This document shows positions 39,121 through 48,815 of a stretch of DNA of 64,000 bases, one piece after another. The position numbers and the translations under genes were made by a program. The DNA is from Chloroflexota bacterium. Its GTDB lineage: Bacteria > Chloroflexota > Dehalococcoidia > Lucifugimonadales > UBA3495. The first letter of the stretch is position 1; each line of letters opens with the position of its first letter. The stretch covers positions 74,236-138,235 of the forward strand of contig JAQBVF010000005.1 of NCBI GenBank assembly GCA_027623675.1, written 5' to 3'. The notes under the pieces were generated by a model. It was not told the DNA's origin, did no database searches, and worked only from the letters and a program-made list of their open reading frames with translations.

Positions 39121-39706
39121 TGTGTGCTACAGATTTTGGCTGCCGGTAATCCAGCCGGTCAACGGAGGATTTTCACCGGAAAGATGGTTCAGATTCAAAG
39201 ACAAGACGGCCACCGGGATGGAACAGGCGGCAAAAACCGCGCTACGGGGCTCTCAGCGAGTTTGTTCTGTAAGAGTGCTGCCTGCAGGCGTGAAAAGTGG
39301 GGAGAGCTGACCGAAGGACCAAAGATCGAGGAAACGAAAACACACGTTGGTTCGCACAAGATACGTTATGTAATATATCCAGGCTCGTAAAAGGGGTGGT
39401 TTACATAAACGATTCGGCCTTTCGGTCCGGCTGCTTTTTCGTCCCGTTGTCTTTGGTAGAGTACTGGTCTTCCGTTCTGCCTATGGCCGGCGGGATGGGC
39501 GTACCTGGGGCCGTTTGGTGGTATTCTGAGGTGCGGAAAATCCGGACGGGCCTGCTGAATCGCCAGGCGTTTCGGACCGGCCATCAACCGAGTTTTTGGG
39601 AACCGCGCCAGTGAACGCGAAGCCACTCTCAGGTACGGCAGGCCGACGGTCCATCTACAAAATCTTTTTACGAAATCTTTCCGAAATCTTCCAAGGAGTT
39701 ATTCCA

Positions 39707-40540
39707 ATGATCATCGACACACATACCCACGTGGTCAGCAGCGACAAGGTCAAACACCCCCTGGACCCAGGGGCCCGGGGATGGTCCACCGAGGTCAGCA
39801 ACGATGTGGAAGACCTGATCGCTGAGATGGATAGGGCCGGTGTGGCCTGCGCCACTCTGGTCCAGCCCAACGCCACCTATGCGCTGGATAATACCTACCA
39901 ATGCGACAGCGCCAAGTTGTTCGCCCCGCGCACGGTGTCCGTGGGGATACTTGATCCGGCGGCGTCCGTTGCCGCCGACATGCTCTCATACTGGGTGAAC
40001 GAGCACGGCATGAACGGCGTGCGCCTCCAGAGTCAGGCCGAGTCTGACGACCCGAGCTGCGACGCCATCTGGCAGCGTGCCGAGGAACTGGGCGTCCCCA
40101 TCTCCATCGGCGGCGGAGGCACGCCCGAGAAGGTCGACCGGATGCGGAAGGTGGGCGCGCGGCACCCCAACGTTATGTTCGCCCCGGACCATTTCGCCGG
40201 ATGGAGCGGCGCCGGGGACAAGGCCGCCATGACCGCCGCCCTGGAAGCGATGGCCAAGCTGCCCAACGCCCACCTGCGTATCTCCAGCACCAGCCTGGGC
40301 CCCTACGCCGGCCTACCTGACGCCGAGAAAGACCTTTTCCGGCGGGTGATCGAGGCCTTTACACCCCAGCGCGTCATGTGGGGCTCCAACTTCCCTTCGT
40401 CGCGCGACGGTGGGTACATCGGCCAGGTGGAACTTGGCCAGACAGCCCTGCCCTGGCTCGCCGCCGATGACCGCGAGTGGATCATGGGCAAGTCCGCCCA
40501 CAAGCTCTGGCCCATGCTGCAAGCGCCCGCCAAGGCGTAG
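39707..40540 (+). CDS. amidohydrolase family protein
   Basis: IIDTHTH, DHF, MWGSNFP; AAGGAG RBS. Confidence 0.9.
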   Translation: MIIDTHTHVVSSDKVKHPLDPGARGWSTEVSNDVEDLIAEMDRAGVACATLVQPNATYALDNTYQCDSAKLFAPRTVSVGILDPAASVAADMLSYWVNEHGMNGVRLQSQAESDDPSCDAIWQRAEELGVPISIGGGGTPEKVDRMRKVGARHPNVMFAPDHFAGWSGAGDKAAMTAALEAMAKLPNAHLRISSTSLGPYAGLPDAEKDLFRRVIEAFTPQRVMWGSNFPSSRDGGYIGQVELGQTALPWLAADDREWIMGKSAHKLWPMLQAPAKA

Positions 40541-40885
40541 GCCGCCTGCGGACCGTTGGGCGTGAACCAAAAAGCCATCGGCCGGTCCGGGTCGGGACAG
40601 CAGGTTATTCGACCCGCCCATCACCTCTTTCGCAGATCTCTTTTTGCCGGTCCAGGGTGGGCATCTTGTGCCGCGTGAGCTTGGCTAATAACCACAAAGG
40701 CAACTGCGATTCCGAAGAGATTCCTGTGCCGGGTGGCACGGGATCGCATGGGATCTGCCTGCGGTTCCTGGCCCTGCCCCGCGGGCGGCCGTGACTGGGC
40801 CACCGTCGAAACGCGGCTTTGCCGCCTATGCCACCTTGCGTATGAGCGTGGCTGTGCCTATAATTTAGGCTGTCCCAACGGCAAG

Positions 40886-40961
40886 GGGCGGTTAGCTCAG
40901 TGGTTAGAGCGCCTCGTTCACACCGAGGAGGTCGGAGGTTCGACCCCTCCATCGCCCACCA
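40886..40961 (+). tRNA. tRNA-Val(CAC)
   Basis: cloverleaf, CCTCG-TTCACAC-CGAGG anticodon arm, CCA; TATAAT upstream. Confidence 0.96.
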
Positions 40962-41007
40962 TGCAGTTGGACAGCACGAGTCTTGGCCGCAGGCCTGGCT
41001 CTCTCGT

Positions 41008-41093
41008 GCCGAGGTGGCGGAACGGCAGACGCGCTGCGTTCAGGGCGCAGTGTCCTTACGGATGTGTGGGTTCAAATCCCTCCCTCGGCACCA
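41008..41093 (+). tRNA. tRNA-Leu(CAG)
   Basis: long variable arm, CTGCG-TTCAGGG-CGCAG anticodon arm, CCA. Confidence 0.96.
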
Positions 41094-41183
41094 AACAAAG
41101 CTAGCAGCCAACAGCCCTCAGCAGGCGGCGCTCCCGCAGGCGCCCCCGCCAAAGCTGACCGCCGATGGCTGGCAGCGTCCCCA

Positions 41184-41259
41184 GCGCTTGTAGCTCAGCG
41201 GATAGAGCACTGGCTTGCGGAGCCAGGGGTCGTGGGTTCAAATCCCGCCAAGCGCACCA
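41184..41259 (+). tRNA. tRNA-Arg(GCG)
   Basis: GCGCTTG/CAAGCGC acceptor stem, CTGGC-TTGCGGA-GCCAG anticodon arm, CCA. Confidence 0.95.
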
Positions 41260-41303
41260 TTTCCCCTTTTCTCCTCCCCAGATTCACCGTGCATGGCGGC
41301 GCC

Positions 41304-41473
41304 ATGCCCGACACCTGGACTATGATATCGATCCTCTGGCTGGCCGTGCTCGTGTTTTCCTAGTGCGCGTAACTATCACCAACCGAGACATCTGGTCCGT
41401 GGTGGGCGTGGCCTGCCTGGGCATCTGGTTGTACGCGGCTCTGTGGGCGGCCCAATGGCGATGGTGGCCGTAG
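41304..41473 (+). pseudogene. small two-TM membrane protein, frameshifted in a T run
   Basis: MPDTWTMISILWLAVLVF continues in another frame as FLVRVTITNRDIWSVVGVACLGIWLYAALWAAQWRWWP. Confidence 0.5.
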
Positions 41474-41569
41474 TCCAAGATGCCGGGCGACCCGCCCCTG
41501 GCAGGCAACCGCCGGCGTTACACCTGTGGTAATATCTCGTTAATCCCAACCATCAGAGGAGATTACCCA

Positions 41570-42034
41570 ATGGCTACAATGATTGACGGCGAGTCGTATC
41601 TGGGGAAAGTATTGGTGCGGCCTTTGAACGAGGCCGGAGACGTCACGCTCTACCTATGGCCCGTTCGCTGCCTGAAGAGCAAAATGGGCGGCCCCACCTT
41701 TGGCGTGGACGTTAAGGGCGAAGAGGTCATCCGCTACGACCCCCACGGCCCCCGCGGCCACTGGCATAAGGGCGGTTATGACAAGCTGGGCGCCGGCGGT
41801 TCCCACGTCGAGTTCCCCGACGACGTTCGAGACATCGAAGGGCAGATCGCCTGGGGCCTGGCCCAGATCAAGGAGAACGGTTCGGACCTACTGGCCGAAG
41901 CCGGGTTCCCCGATGCCGCCAAGTCCCTGGACCAGAGCTTGATTGGGGCCGCTCAGGAGGCGATCAAAGAGCGCCTGGCCGAAGACCCCGGCCTGATCTC
42001 GAAGGCCGTTGATCAAGGCCTGATCAACGCCTAG
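41570..42034 (+). CDS. hypothetical protein
   Basis: GAGGAG RBS, GC3-rich coding pattern, followed by a strong hairpin. Confidence 0.8.
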   Translation: MATMIDGESYLGKVLVRPLNEAGDVTLYLWPVRCLKSKMGGPTFGVDVKGEEVIRYDPHGPRGHWHKGGYDKLGAGGSHVEFPDDVRDIEGQIAWGLAQIKENGSDLLAEAGFPDAAKSLDQSLIGAAQEAIKERLAEDPGLISKAVDQGLINA

Positions 42035-42094
42035 CACCCCTGCCTCCGGCCCACCCCGACTGGCCTGGCACGCCAGGTTATGTCGACCAACTTT

Positions 42095-42130
42095 GGCCGG
42101 CGTCCCGATCTGATTGGGACGCCGGCCTTA
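42095..42130 (+). terminator. GC-rich hairpin, possible terminator
   Basis: GGCCGGCGTCCCGAT-CTG-ATTGGGACGCCGGCC. Confidence 0.55.
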
Positions 42131-42164
42131 TGATTTACCGGCGATCTGATCTATGGGAGAAACT

Positions 42165-42503
42165 ATGGTGACGGACGAATGGCAGTCACGCATCGAGACG
42201 TTGGAAACCAAGGTCACCGACCTGGAATCCCAACTGGCCCTCAGGACCAAAGAGATGGCCTACCTGTACATCCACTCCAACTGGACCCTGATTCGCTGGC
42301 ACTTGGCCAGGGAGCAGGACCGGAGCGGCGAAGGCTCAGAGACCTACGCCCGCGCCAAGAACGCCGAGACCCTCATCGACCGCCAGCTAACCCGCAACCT
42401 GCGCGATGTTCACTTCGAGCCCCAAGCCATGGACGTAGCCTACCGCTGGCGCATAGAAGCCACCGTCATCCTCAAGGACAACGGGTATACGTTCTTTGAT
42501 TGA
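42165..42503 (+). CDS. hypothetical protein with N-terminal coiled coil
   Basis: GGGAG RBS, coding-like GC3. Confidence 0.72.
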   Translation: MVTDEWQSRIETLETKVTDLESQLALRTKEMAYLYIHSNWTLIRWHLAREQDRSGEGSETYARAKNAETLIDRQLTRNLRDVHFEPQAMDVAYRWRIEATVILKDNGYTFFD

Positions 42504-42629
42504 TGGGGTGCGTATGTATCGGTATTGGATAGATCGATAAACGAATTATCCAATCGGATCAGTTTCATGTACCTTGTTAAAGTCAATTTGCTCGCATTCG
42601 AGTCTGATCGGAATAACCTGAGGTGAATC

Positions 42630-42989
42630 ATGGCTGATCCAATCTTCGACAAACAAGACCAGTATGACCAGATACTGCCATGGATATCCGAGGGGGAAGT
42701 CCTATATTGCGTGTACGATTGCAAAGGCGCAGGGACCGGGTTCATCGCCATCACCGACAAGCGCCTGATGTTCTATGACAAGGCTTTCCTTCGCAAGAGG
42801 AAAGCCCTGACCAGCGTCCCGTTTAGTAAGGTCACGTCTGTTTCCGCCATAGACGAGGGCAGAGGTTTGTTTGGATCGACAAGCGAGTTGGTTGTGAAAT
42901 CGGGAACCGATGAGCATGAATTTGAATTCCGGGGCGGTGAAAAAGCTCAGTCGGCTTATCGATTCATCATGAAACACTTGTTGAGCTGA
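42630..42989 (+). CDS. bacterial PH-domain protein
   Basis: GE.VL...D...ITDKRLMFYD...SVPFSKVTSVS pattern; GAGGTG RBS. Confidence 0.8.
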   Translation: MADPIFDKQDQYDQILPWISEGEVLYCVYDCKGAGTGFIAITDKRLMFYDKAFLRKRKALTSVPFSKVTSVSAIDEGRGLFGSTSELVVKSGTDEHEFEFRGGEKAQSAYRFIMKHLLS

Positions 42990-43189
42990 TGTTCGGTCGA
43001 GTGGGCGAGTGGGCGAGTCGGCGGGTTGGTTCGGTAGTTAGATGAGTAATTCACCCACCTTTAACCCCCACCTGTGCTATATTAGCCGGGACTTCTTATC
43101 ATCCCCTCGACTTCAAGGCAGGCACCGATTGACCTACGTTATGACAACTCCTACCCCGGCTGGCATCTCCACCGTCCGCGGGCGCGCCC

Positions 43190-44521
43190 GTGGCTGAACA
43201 GGGCCGGATCGGCCGGACGGTAAACTCCGCGCTCCACGCCCACTACGCCTGGTACATCGTGGCCATGGGCACCACCCTGCAGCTCACCACCAACTTCGTC
43301 AGTCAGGCCTTCTCCATCCTGATGGTGGTTATGCGCGACAACTTTGGTTGGTCGCTCACGGCCATCGTCCTCGCCTACTCCCTGCGCAGCATCGTCGGCG
43401 CGCTGCTCTCGCCCTGGGCCGGCGTCATGGGAGACCGCTACGGGGCCAAGAGAGTCATGCTGGTGGGCGCCGGCTTCTTCATGGGCGGGCTGCTGCTGCT
43501 CAGCACCATCAACCACCTCTGGCAGCTATTCCTCTACTACAGCATCATCTTGGGGGTCGCCCAGGCCTTGTTCCGGGTGAACATACCCACCACCGTCGCC
43601 GCCTGGTTCAAGCAGAAGTTGGGCGTCGCCGTGGGCATCCAGCAGTCGGCGGGCGGCATGGGCGCATCGGTGCTGGCGCCGGGCCTGGCCGTGCTGTTGA
43701 CCCAGACCGACTGGCAAACGGCATTCCTGGCGATCGGACTCGGCGGAGGGGTTATCGTCTTCGCGCTGCTGGCCTTCTTCCACAGCGAGCCGGGCGACCG
43801 GGGCAAACTTCCTTACGGAACGGCCGAAAAGGACAGGTCATCGGCCAACCCGTTCACCGGCGCCGTCGCCAAGGTGCGAAGTAAGGTCTTCATGCAGCAT
43901 GCCAAGGGGACCAGGGCCTTCTGGTTCCTGCCCCTGATCCACCACCTGGGCTGCGTCGGCCATGCCATCGTCATCGTCCACGGCGTGTACTACGCCACCA
44001 CCAAGGGCGTCTCGCTTGAGGCCGCCACCTTCATCATCAGCATCTACTCGTTCACCAGCATCGCCAGCCGGTTCATGGCGCCCGTTTTGGCCGACCGGTT
44101 CGGCGGCCAGCGCGTCATGGCCATCTTCTACGTCCTGCAGGGATTGTCGGTGCTGATGCTGTTCTGGACACAGGAACCGTGGCAGTTCTTTCTATTCGCC
44201 GCGATATTCGGGATCGGCTTCGGCGGCGAGATGTCGGCGTTCTTGGTGGTTAACCGGCAGTACTTCGGCATGGGCCCGGTGCGGGCTGTCTTCGGGATAC
44301 AGAGCATGGGCGCCGGACTGGGTATGGCGCTTGGCGGCCTGCTGGGCAGCGTGGTCTACGACACGTTCGGTTCCTACGATATCGCTTGGATCGTGTCCAT
44401 CGCGGCCAGCATGGGCGGGATGGTTGCCATCCTGTCGATGGAGTCCACCAGCAGGGAACTGATCCCCGATTGGGAGCAGTCGCTGCCCCAAGACGCACAG
44501 ACGCCGGCCCCAGCGGACTAA
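43190..44521 (+). CDS. MFS transporter (OFA/MCT-like; distant paralog of 14663-15958)
   Basis: YAWYIV, FGWS, GVMGDRYG, AWF, LADRFG; about 12 TM segments. Confidence 0.92.
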   Translation: MAEQGRIGRTVNSALHAHYAWYIVAMGTTLQLTTNFVSQAFSILMVVMRDNFGWSLTAIVLAYSLRSIVGALLSPWAGVMGDRYGAKRVMLVGAGFFMGGLLLLSTINHLWQLFLYYSIILGVAQALFRVNIPTTVAAWFKQKLGVAVGIQQSAGGMGASVLAPGLAVLLTQTDWQTAFLAIGLGGGVIVFALLAFFHSEPGDRGKLPYGTAEKDRSSANPFTGAVAKVRSKVFMQHAKGTRAFWFLPLIHHLGCVGHAIVIVHGVYYATTKGVSLEAATFIISIYSFTSIASRFMAPVLADRFGGQRVMAIFYVLQGLSVLMLFWTQEPWQFFLFAAIFGIGFGGEMSAFLVVNRQYFGMGPVRAVFGIQSMGAGLGMALGGLLGSVVYDTFGSYDIAWIVSIAASMGGMVAILSMESTSRELIPDWEQSLPQDAQTPAPAD

Positions 44522-44541
44522 GCGCAAGCAGTCGCAATTAT

Positions 44542-44576
44542 AAAAAGCCCGGATTGTATCAGTCCGGGCTTTTTTC
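44542..44576. terminator. bidirectional intrinsic terminator
   Basis: AAAAAGCCCGGATTG-TAT-CAGTCCGGGCTTTTTT between convergent MFS genes. Confidence 0.88.
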
Positions 44577-44665
44577 TTTCGTGGTTTGCCGATCTAACCG
44601 GCTCCACGCAACAGGTTCTTTCTGGCCAATCCCCCTGCCATCCGGATCGGGCGTGGCGCGTCGGG

Positions 44666-46180
44666 CTAGTCACGGAACAAGAACGCCGGTACTTTGATCC
44701 AGCGCCGGCCGATCAACCCGTTCTGGATCGCGGCGACCAATGCCCCGATCGAGATCGTGAAGATGACGGCGGTTGCGGCGTACTGGAAGCCGGTGCGGTA
44801 GAACGGCTGCGCCTCCCCGGCGGTCATGAAGTTGATGGACGCCGGCAGCGCCAACCCCAGCATGGCGGCCGCGATGGTCGCGCCAATGGTGTGGCCCATC
44901 TGGCGGCTGGTTTCCATCACCCCCGAGGCGAAGCTCCGGTCCTCGGGCAGGCTGTTCATGATGGTGGCATTGCTGGGCGCGTTGAAGGTGTGCGTTCCGA
45001 TGAACGCGGGTATCAGCAGTATGGGCAGCACCCAGATCGGCACCTGCCCCGAGAACAGGGCCAGCAGCACGAATCCCGAAGCGATGGACAGCAACCCGGC
45101 CGGCCGGAGCCACGGCGGGTTGGATTTGTCGAAATAGTACCCGGCGATCAGCGGCAGGAAGATGCCCAGACCCTGGCCGGGGATCAGCACCCAGGACGCC
45201 ACGATGGGGTCGTACCCAAGCCCGTTCTCCACCAAGATGGGCACCAAAGTGACTACCGCCATCATGGACATGTGGAAGGTATGGTCGCTGAAGAGCGCCA
45301 TCGAGAATCCGCGGTTCTTAAAGTTAGAAAAGTTCAGGAATGGCGTTACGGACCGGCGCTGCACGAAGATGAACACGGCCGCCAGACCCAGGAACAGGCC
45401 GTGCACCGGCAGGTGGTACTCTAGGGCCTCGGCGCTGACGAAACTCTCCTCGCCTCCATGGACGTGCATTCCGGAGAGGACGAACACCCCCAACGCCGCC
45501 ATCATCAGCAGTGCGCTGGGCGCGCCGACCACGATCTTCTTGGCGGCTTCCGTTGGCTTGAGGAGTTCGAAGGTTAACAGCGGCCTGGCCATGACCAGGG
45601 CGAACAGGCCCACCGGCAGGGATGTTAGGAACACCAGCCGCCAACTGAAGAACTGCAGGAACACCCCGAACAGCGCCATGCCAAGCAGCGTCCCGACCCT
45701 GGCGGCGATGATGGGGATGGAAAAGGCCCGGCCCCGTTCTTTGTCGTTGAAAACCAGGGCCAAGATGGGATTGGAGTTGGAGGTAATCATCGACGCCCCA
45801 ACGCCGACGAACCCGCTCCAGACCACCGCCTGGTAGATGTTTCCGGACGTTGCGGCCATGCCGGAAGCAACCGCCATGACGGCGGCTCCCAGGAAGTATA
45901 ATCGCACGTGGCCCAGCTTCTCGCCCAAGCGGGCGAAGAAGAAGACGGTGCTGCCCAACACCAACAACCTGGCGATTACCGTCCAGGCCGCCTGGGACAC
46001 ATCAATGTCAAAGTCCTTGGCCATGGACGGCACGGAAAGGGCCAGCGGGATGGTCGAAAGCTGCACCAAAAGCTGGCTGGCGGCCAGGGACAGGAGGACC
46101 CGCTTACGGTTGTCGTCGGAACTAAGCTCCCGGAAAGAAGCGATCAAGTTCAGACTGCGAAATGCGTTTCTATCGATCAA
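44666..46180 (-). CDS. MFS transporter, DHA2/EmrB-like (14 TM)
   Basis: RLGEKLG, ERGRAF, SWRLVFL..PVG, ASG...RQMG. Confidence 0.88.
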   Translation of the reverse strand: MIDRNAFRSLNLIASFRELSSDDNRKRVLLSLAASQLLVQLSTIPLALSVPSMAKDFDIDVSQAAWTVIARLLVLGSTVFFFARLGEKLGHVRLYFLGAAVMAVASGMAATSGNIYQAVVWSGFVGVGASMITSNSNPILALVFNDKERGRAFSIPIIAARVGTLLGMALFGVFLQFFSWRLVFLTSLPVGLFALVMARPLLTFELLKPTEAAKKIVVGAPSALLMMAALGVFVLSGMHVHGGEESFVSAEALEYHLPVHGLFLGLAAVFIFVQRRSVTPFLNFSNFKNRGFSMALFSDHTFHMSMMAVVTLVPILVENGLGYDPIVASWVLIPGQGLGIFLPLIAGYYFDKSNPPWLRPAGLLSIASGFVLLALFSGQVPIWVLPILLIPAFIGTHTFNAPSNATIMNSLPEDRSFASGVMETSRQMGHTIGATIAAAMLGLALPASINFMTAGEAQPFYRTGFQYAATAVIFTISIGALVAAIQNGLIGRRWIKVPAFLFRD

Positions 46181-46464
46181 GAACCAGAATTACTCTGTGC
46201 TACAAATAAGGGCGCGCCGCGGACGAACCTAGCGGGAATCGGCCAGAATCGCTGGAACGCGGTATTTCATAATAGAATCAATGCTACATTATTTCAATGT
46301 GTGGGTATGGAATAATCATAATTCCAGGCATCGATTATCAAGATGTTACCTTGCGCGGTAGGTGATCTAGGTGAAGGGGCAATTCCCCCGATTCCCTATC
46401 GCATCGGGAGCGAGGTGGATCTCCGCCCGCCAGCCATCCAAACAAGAAGATATAGGAACGACGC

Positions 46465-47442
46465 ATGCTCATAGACATCCATAGCCACCTGGTGATGCCG
46501 GAGTACCTGGAGCACTTGGTGGGCCGAAGCAACCTGCCCAAGGCCGTCCAACGGGGCGGCGCCTACTTCATAAGCTGCAACGGCGGCTATACCCAGACCT
46601 CAGCCGCGGTCCATGCCGACGTGGAGCAGAAGCTGCGCGACATGGAGGAGATCGGGGTCGACATGGCGGTGATCAACCACGGCATCCCCGGCCCCGAGAT
46701 GCTTGGCGGCGCCGAGGCCGACTACTGGGCCGCCCGCATGAACGACTTCCAAGCCGGCATCATCAATCAATATCCGGGCAAGTTTTTAGGCTGGGCCAAT
46801 ATCGGGTTCGGCAGTCCTGAGCGGTCCATCGCCGAGATCGACCGCTGCATCAACGAGCTTGGCTACAAGGGCGTCCAGCTATTCTCCAATATCAACCAGA
46901 AGGTGGTGGATTCGCCCGAGTTCATGCCCGTCTACCGGCACATCGGCAAGCTGGGCGTGCCGGTCAACCTGCACCCCACGGCTCCCATGAACCTGAACGG
47001 CATGGACCTGCAGCCCCTGGTGCGTGGCATGTCTTTGATGTTCGACTCGAGCCTGGCCACCATGCGGCTGGTGATGAGCGGCATCTTCGAGGAGGAGCCC
47101 GGCTTCACCCTCATAGTGCCTCACACCGGTGGCTGGGTGCCCTACCTGCGCGGACGCGTCGAGCGCATGATCGACATCTACACCCCGCCCGAAGGCCAAC
47201 CCAAACTGTCCCAGCCGTCGGCCCTATCGGTGGACCGCATCTACGTGGATACAGTGGCCCACAGCCCCGAGACCATGGAGTACTGCTACAAGATGTTCGG
47301 TCCCGAGCGGATCATGTTCGGCACCGACCATCCCTTCATGCACTGGGAGATCTACCGGGAGATGATGGACGGCCTGGAGTGCACCGACGCCGAGCGGGAG
47401 TTGATCTACCACGGCAACGCGGAAAGACTGCTCGGCCTCTAG
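46465..47442 (+). CDS. amidohydrolase family protein (ACMSD/decarboxylase-like), copy 1
   Basis: IDIHSH, LHP, PHTGG..P, MFGTDHPF, GNAERLL. Confidence 0.9.
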   Translation: MLIDIHSHLVMPEYLEHLVGRSNLPKAVQRGGAYFISCNGGYTQTSAAVHADVEQKLRDMEEIGVDMAVINHGIPGPEMLGGAEADYWAARMNDFQAGIINQYPGKFLGWANIGFGSPERSIAEIDRCINELGYKGVQLFSNINQKVVDSPEFMPVYRHIGKLGVPVNLHPTAPMNLNGMDLQPLVRGMSLMFDSSLATMRLVMSGIFEEEPGFTLIVPHTGGWVPYLRGRVERMIDIYTPPEGQPKLSQPSALSVDRIYVDTVAHSPETMEYCYKMFGPERIMFGTDHPFMHWEIYREMMDGLECTDAERELIYHGNAERLLGL

Positions 47443-47754
47443 GGCAGGCTTACTCCGCACCCGGATATCTCCGGCGGTCAGACCGATCGTACAGGGACCG
47501 AGGGGGATTTCCGCCGTGCGGCAACCTAGTTCATCTACTGGAACCGTGTTCACCGCCCGCGTCCATCGTGTACCATGCGTACGGAGAAACTCAGGCTGGA
47601 TGAGAAGCTGCGGGAATTCACCGGATCCCATACGAAACGGGCGCTCATTCCAACCGAGATTATTCGGCAACTGAAGAAGCAACCTACTAACCAACCGCCC
47701 CGGTCCACGGGGCCAACTAACTTCCTCCTATGATGGGGAGGACAGAGGTGAATC

Positions 47755-48732
47755 ATGCGTATCGACGTTCACAGCCACCTGGTCTACCTGCCTTACCTGG
47801 AATACCTGGCGGGACGCAACGCCCTGCCCCAGGGCGTGCTGCGCGGCGGCACCTACTTCGTTAGCTGCACCGGCGGCTACCAGCATGCCTCGCCGTTGGT
47901 CCATGCCGACGTCGACCAGAAGCTCCGCGACATGGAGGACCTGGACATCGGAATGTCGGTCCTCAGCCACGGCATGCCTGGCCCAGAGCTCCTGGGCGGA
48001 CCCGAGGCCGACGACTGGGCGTCGCGCATCAACGACCACCTGGCCGAGGTCATGGCGGCCCATCCCGGCAAGTTCCAGGTCTGGGCCACCCTGGGCTGGG
48101 GCAGCGCCGAGCGCACCATCGCCGAGATTGACCGCTGCGTGGACCAGTTGGGATTCAAGGGCGTCTATCTATTCTCAAACATCAACCAGAAGACCCTGGA
48201 CAGCAAAGAGTTCTGGCCCGTGTACCAGCACATCGAAAGCCTGAATATCCCCATGGACATGCACCCCACCGCGCCGATCAACATGAACGGCATCGACCAA
48301 CGGCCCCTGGTGCCCGGCATGGCTTTCATGTTCGACACCACCCTGGCCACCGTGCGCATGGTGATGAGCGGGGTCTTCCAGGAGTACCCCAATCTGAAGC
48401 TGATCGTGCCCCACACCGGCGGTTTCGTGCCGTTCATCCGGGGCCGGGTTGGCCGGATGATCGACGCCTGGACCGCGCCCGACGACTGGGTCGGCCTGTC
48501 CGACTCGTCCCAGGTGTCCTTCGACAAGATCTACGTCGACACCGTCGCCCACAGTCCGGAGGCACTGGACTACTGCAACCGGGTCTACGGCTCCGACCGC
48601 CTGCTCTACGGCACGGACCATCCCTTCGCCCACTTCGAGATATTCAATGAGATGGTCGACAACCTGGACTGCTCGGACTCAGACCGCGAGTTGATCAACC
48701 ACGGCAACGCGGAACGGATACTGGGCCTCTAG
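47755..48732 (+). CDS. amidohydrolase family protein (ACMSD/decarboxylase-like), copy 2
   Basis: same motifs and same 325-aa length as copy 1. Confidence 0.9.
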   Translation: MRIDVHSHLVYLPYLEYLAGRNALPQGVLRGGTYFVSCTGGYQHASPLVHADVDQKLRDMEDLDIGMSVLSHGMPGPELLGGPEADDWASRINDHLAEVMAAHPGKFQVWATLGWGSAERTIAEIDRCVDQLGFKGVYLFSNINQKTLDSKEFWPVYQHIESLNIPMDMHPTAPINMNGIDQRPLVPGMAFMFDTTLATVRMVMSGVFQEYPNLKLIVPHTGGFVPFIRGRVGRMIDAWTAPDDWVGLSDSSQVSFDKIYVDTVAHSPEALDYCNRVYGSDRLLYGTDHPFAHFEIFNEMVDNLDCSDSDRELINHGNAERILGL

Positions 48733-48815
48733 ACGCCGGCCGGCGCGTCTTGGAAGGGCGGACCGCTGCGGTATAATCCGGCTGCGGACCGCCAAGCTGG
48801 AGTGTCCAAGGCGCG

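Noticed and set aside
39298..39635. Glycine riboswitch or T-box fragments (GGAGAG..CCGAAGG, ACTCTCAGGTA, AAGGGGTGG)
   Set aside because: The motif pieces are about 300 nt apart or lack the required stems and consensus continuation
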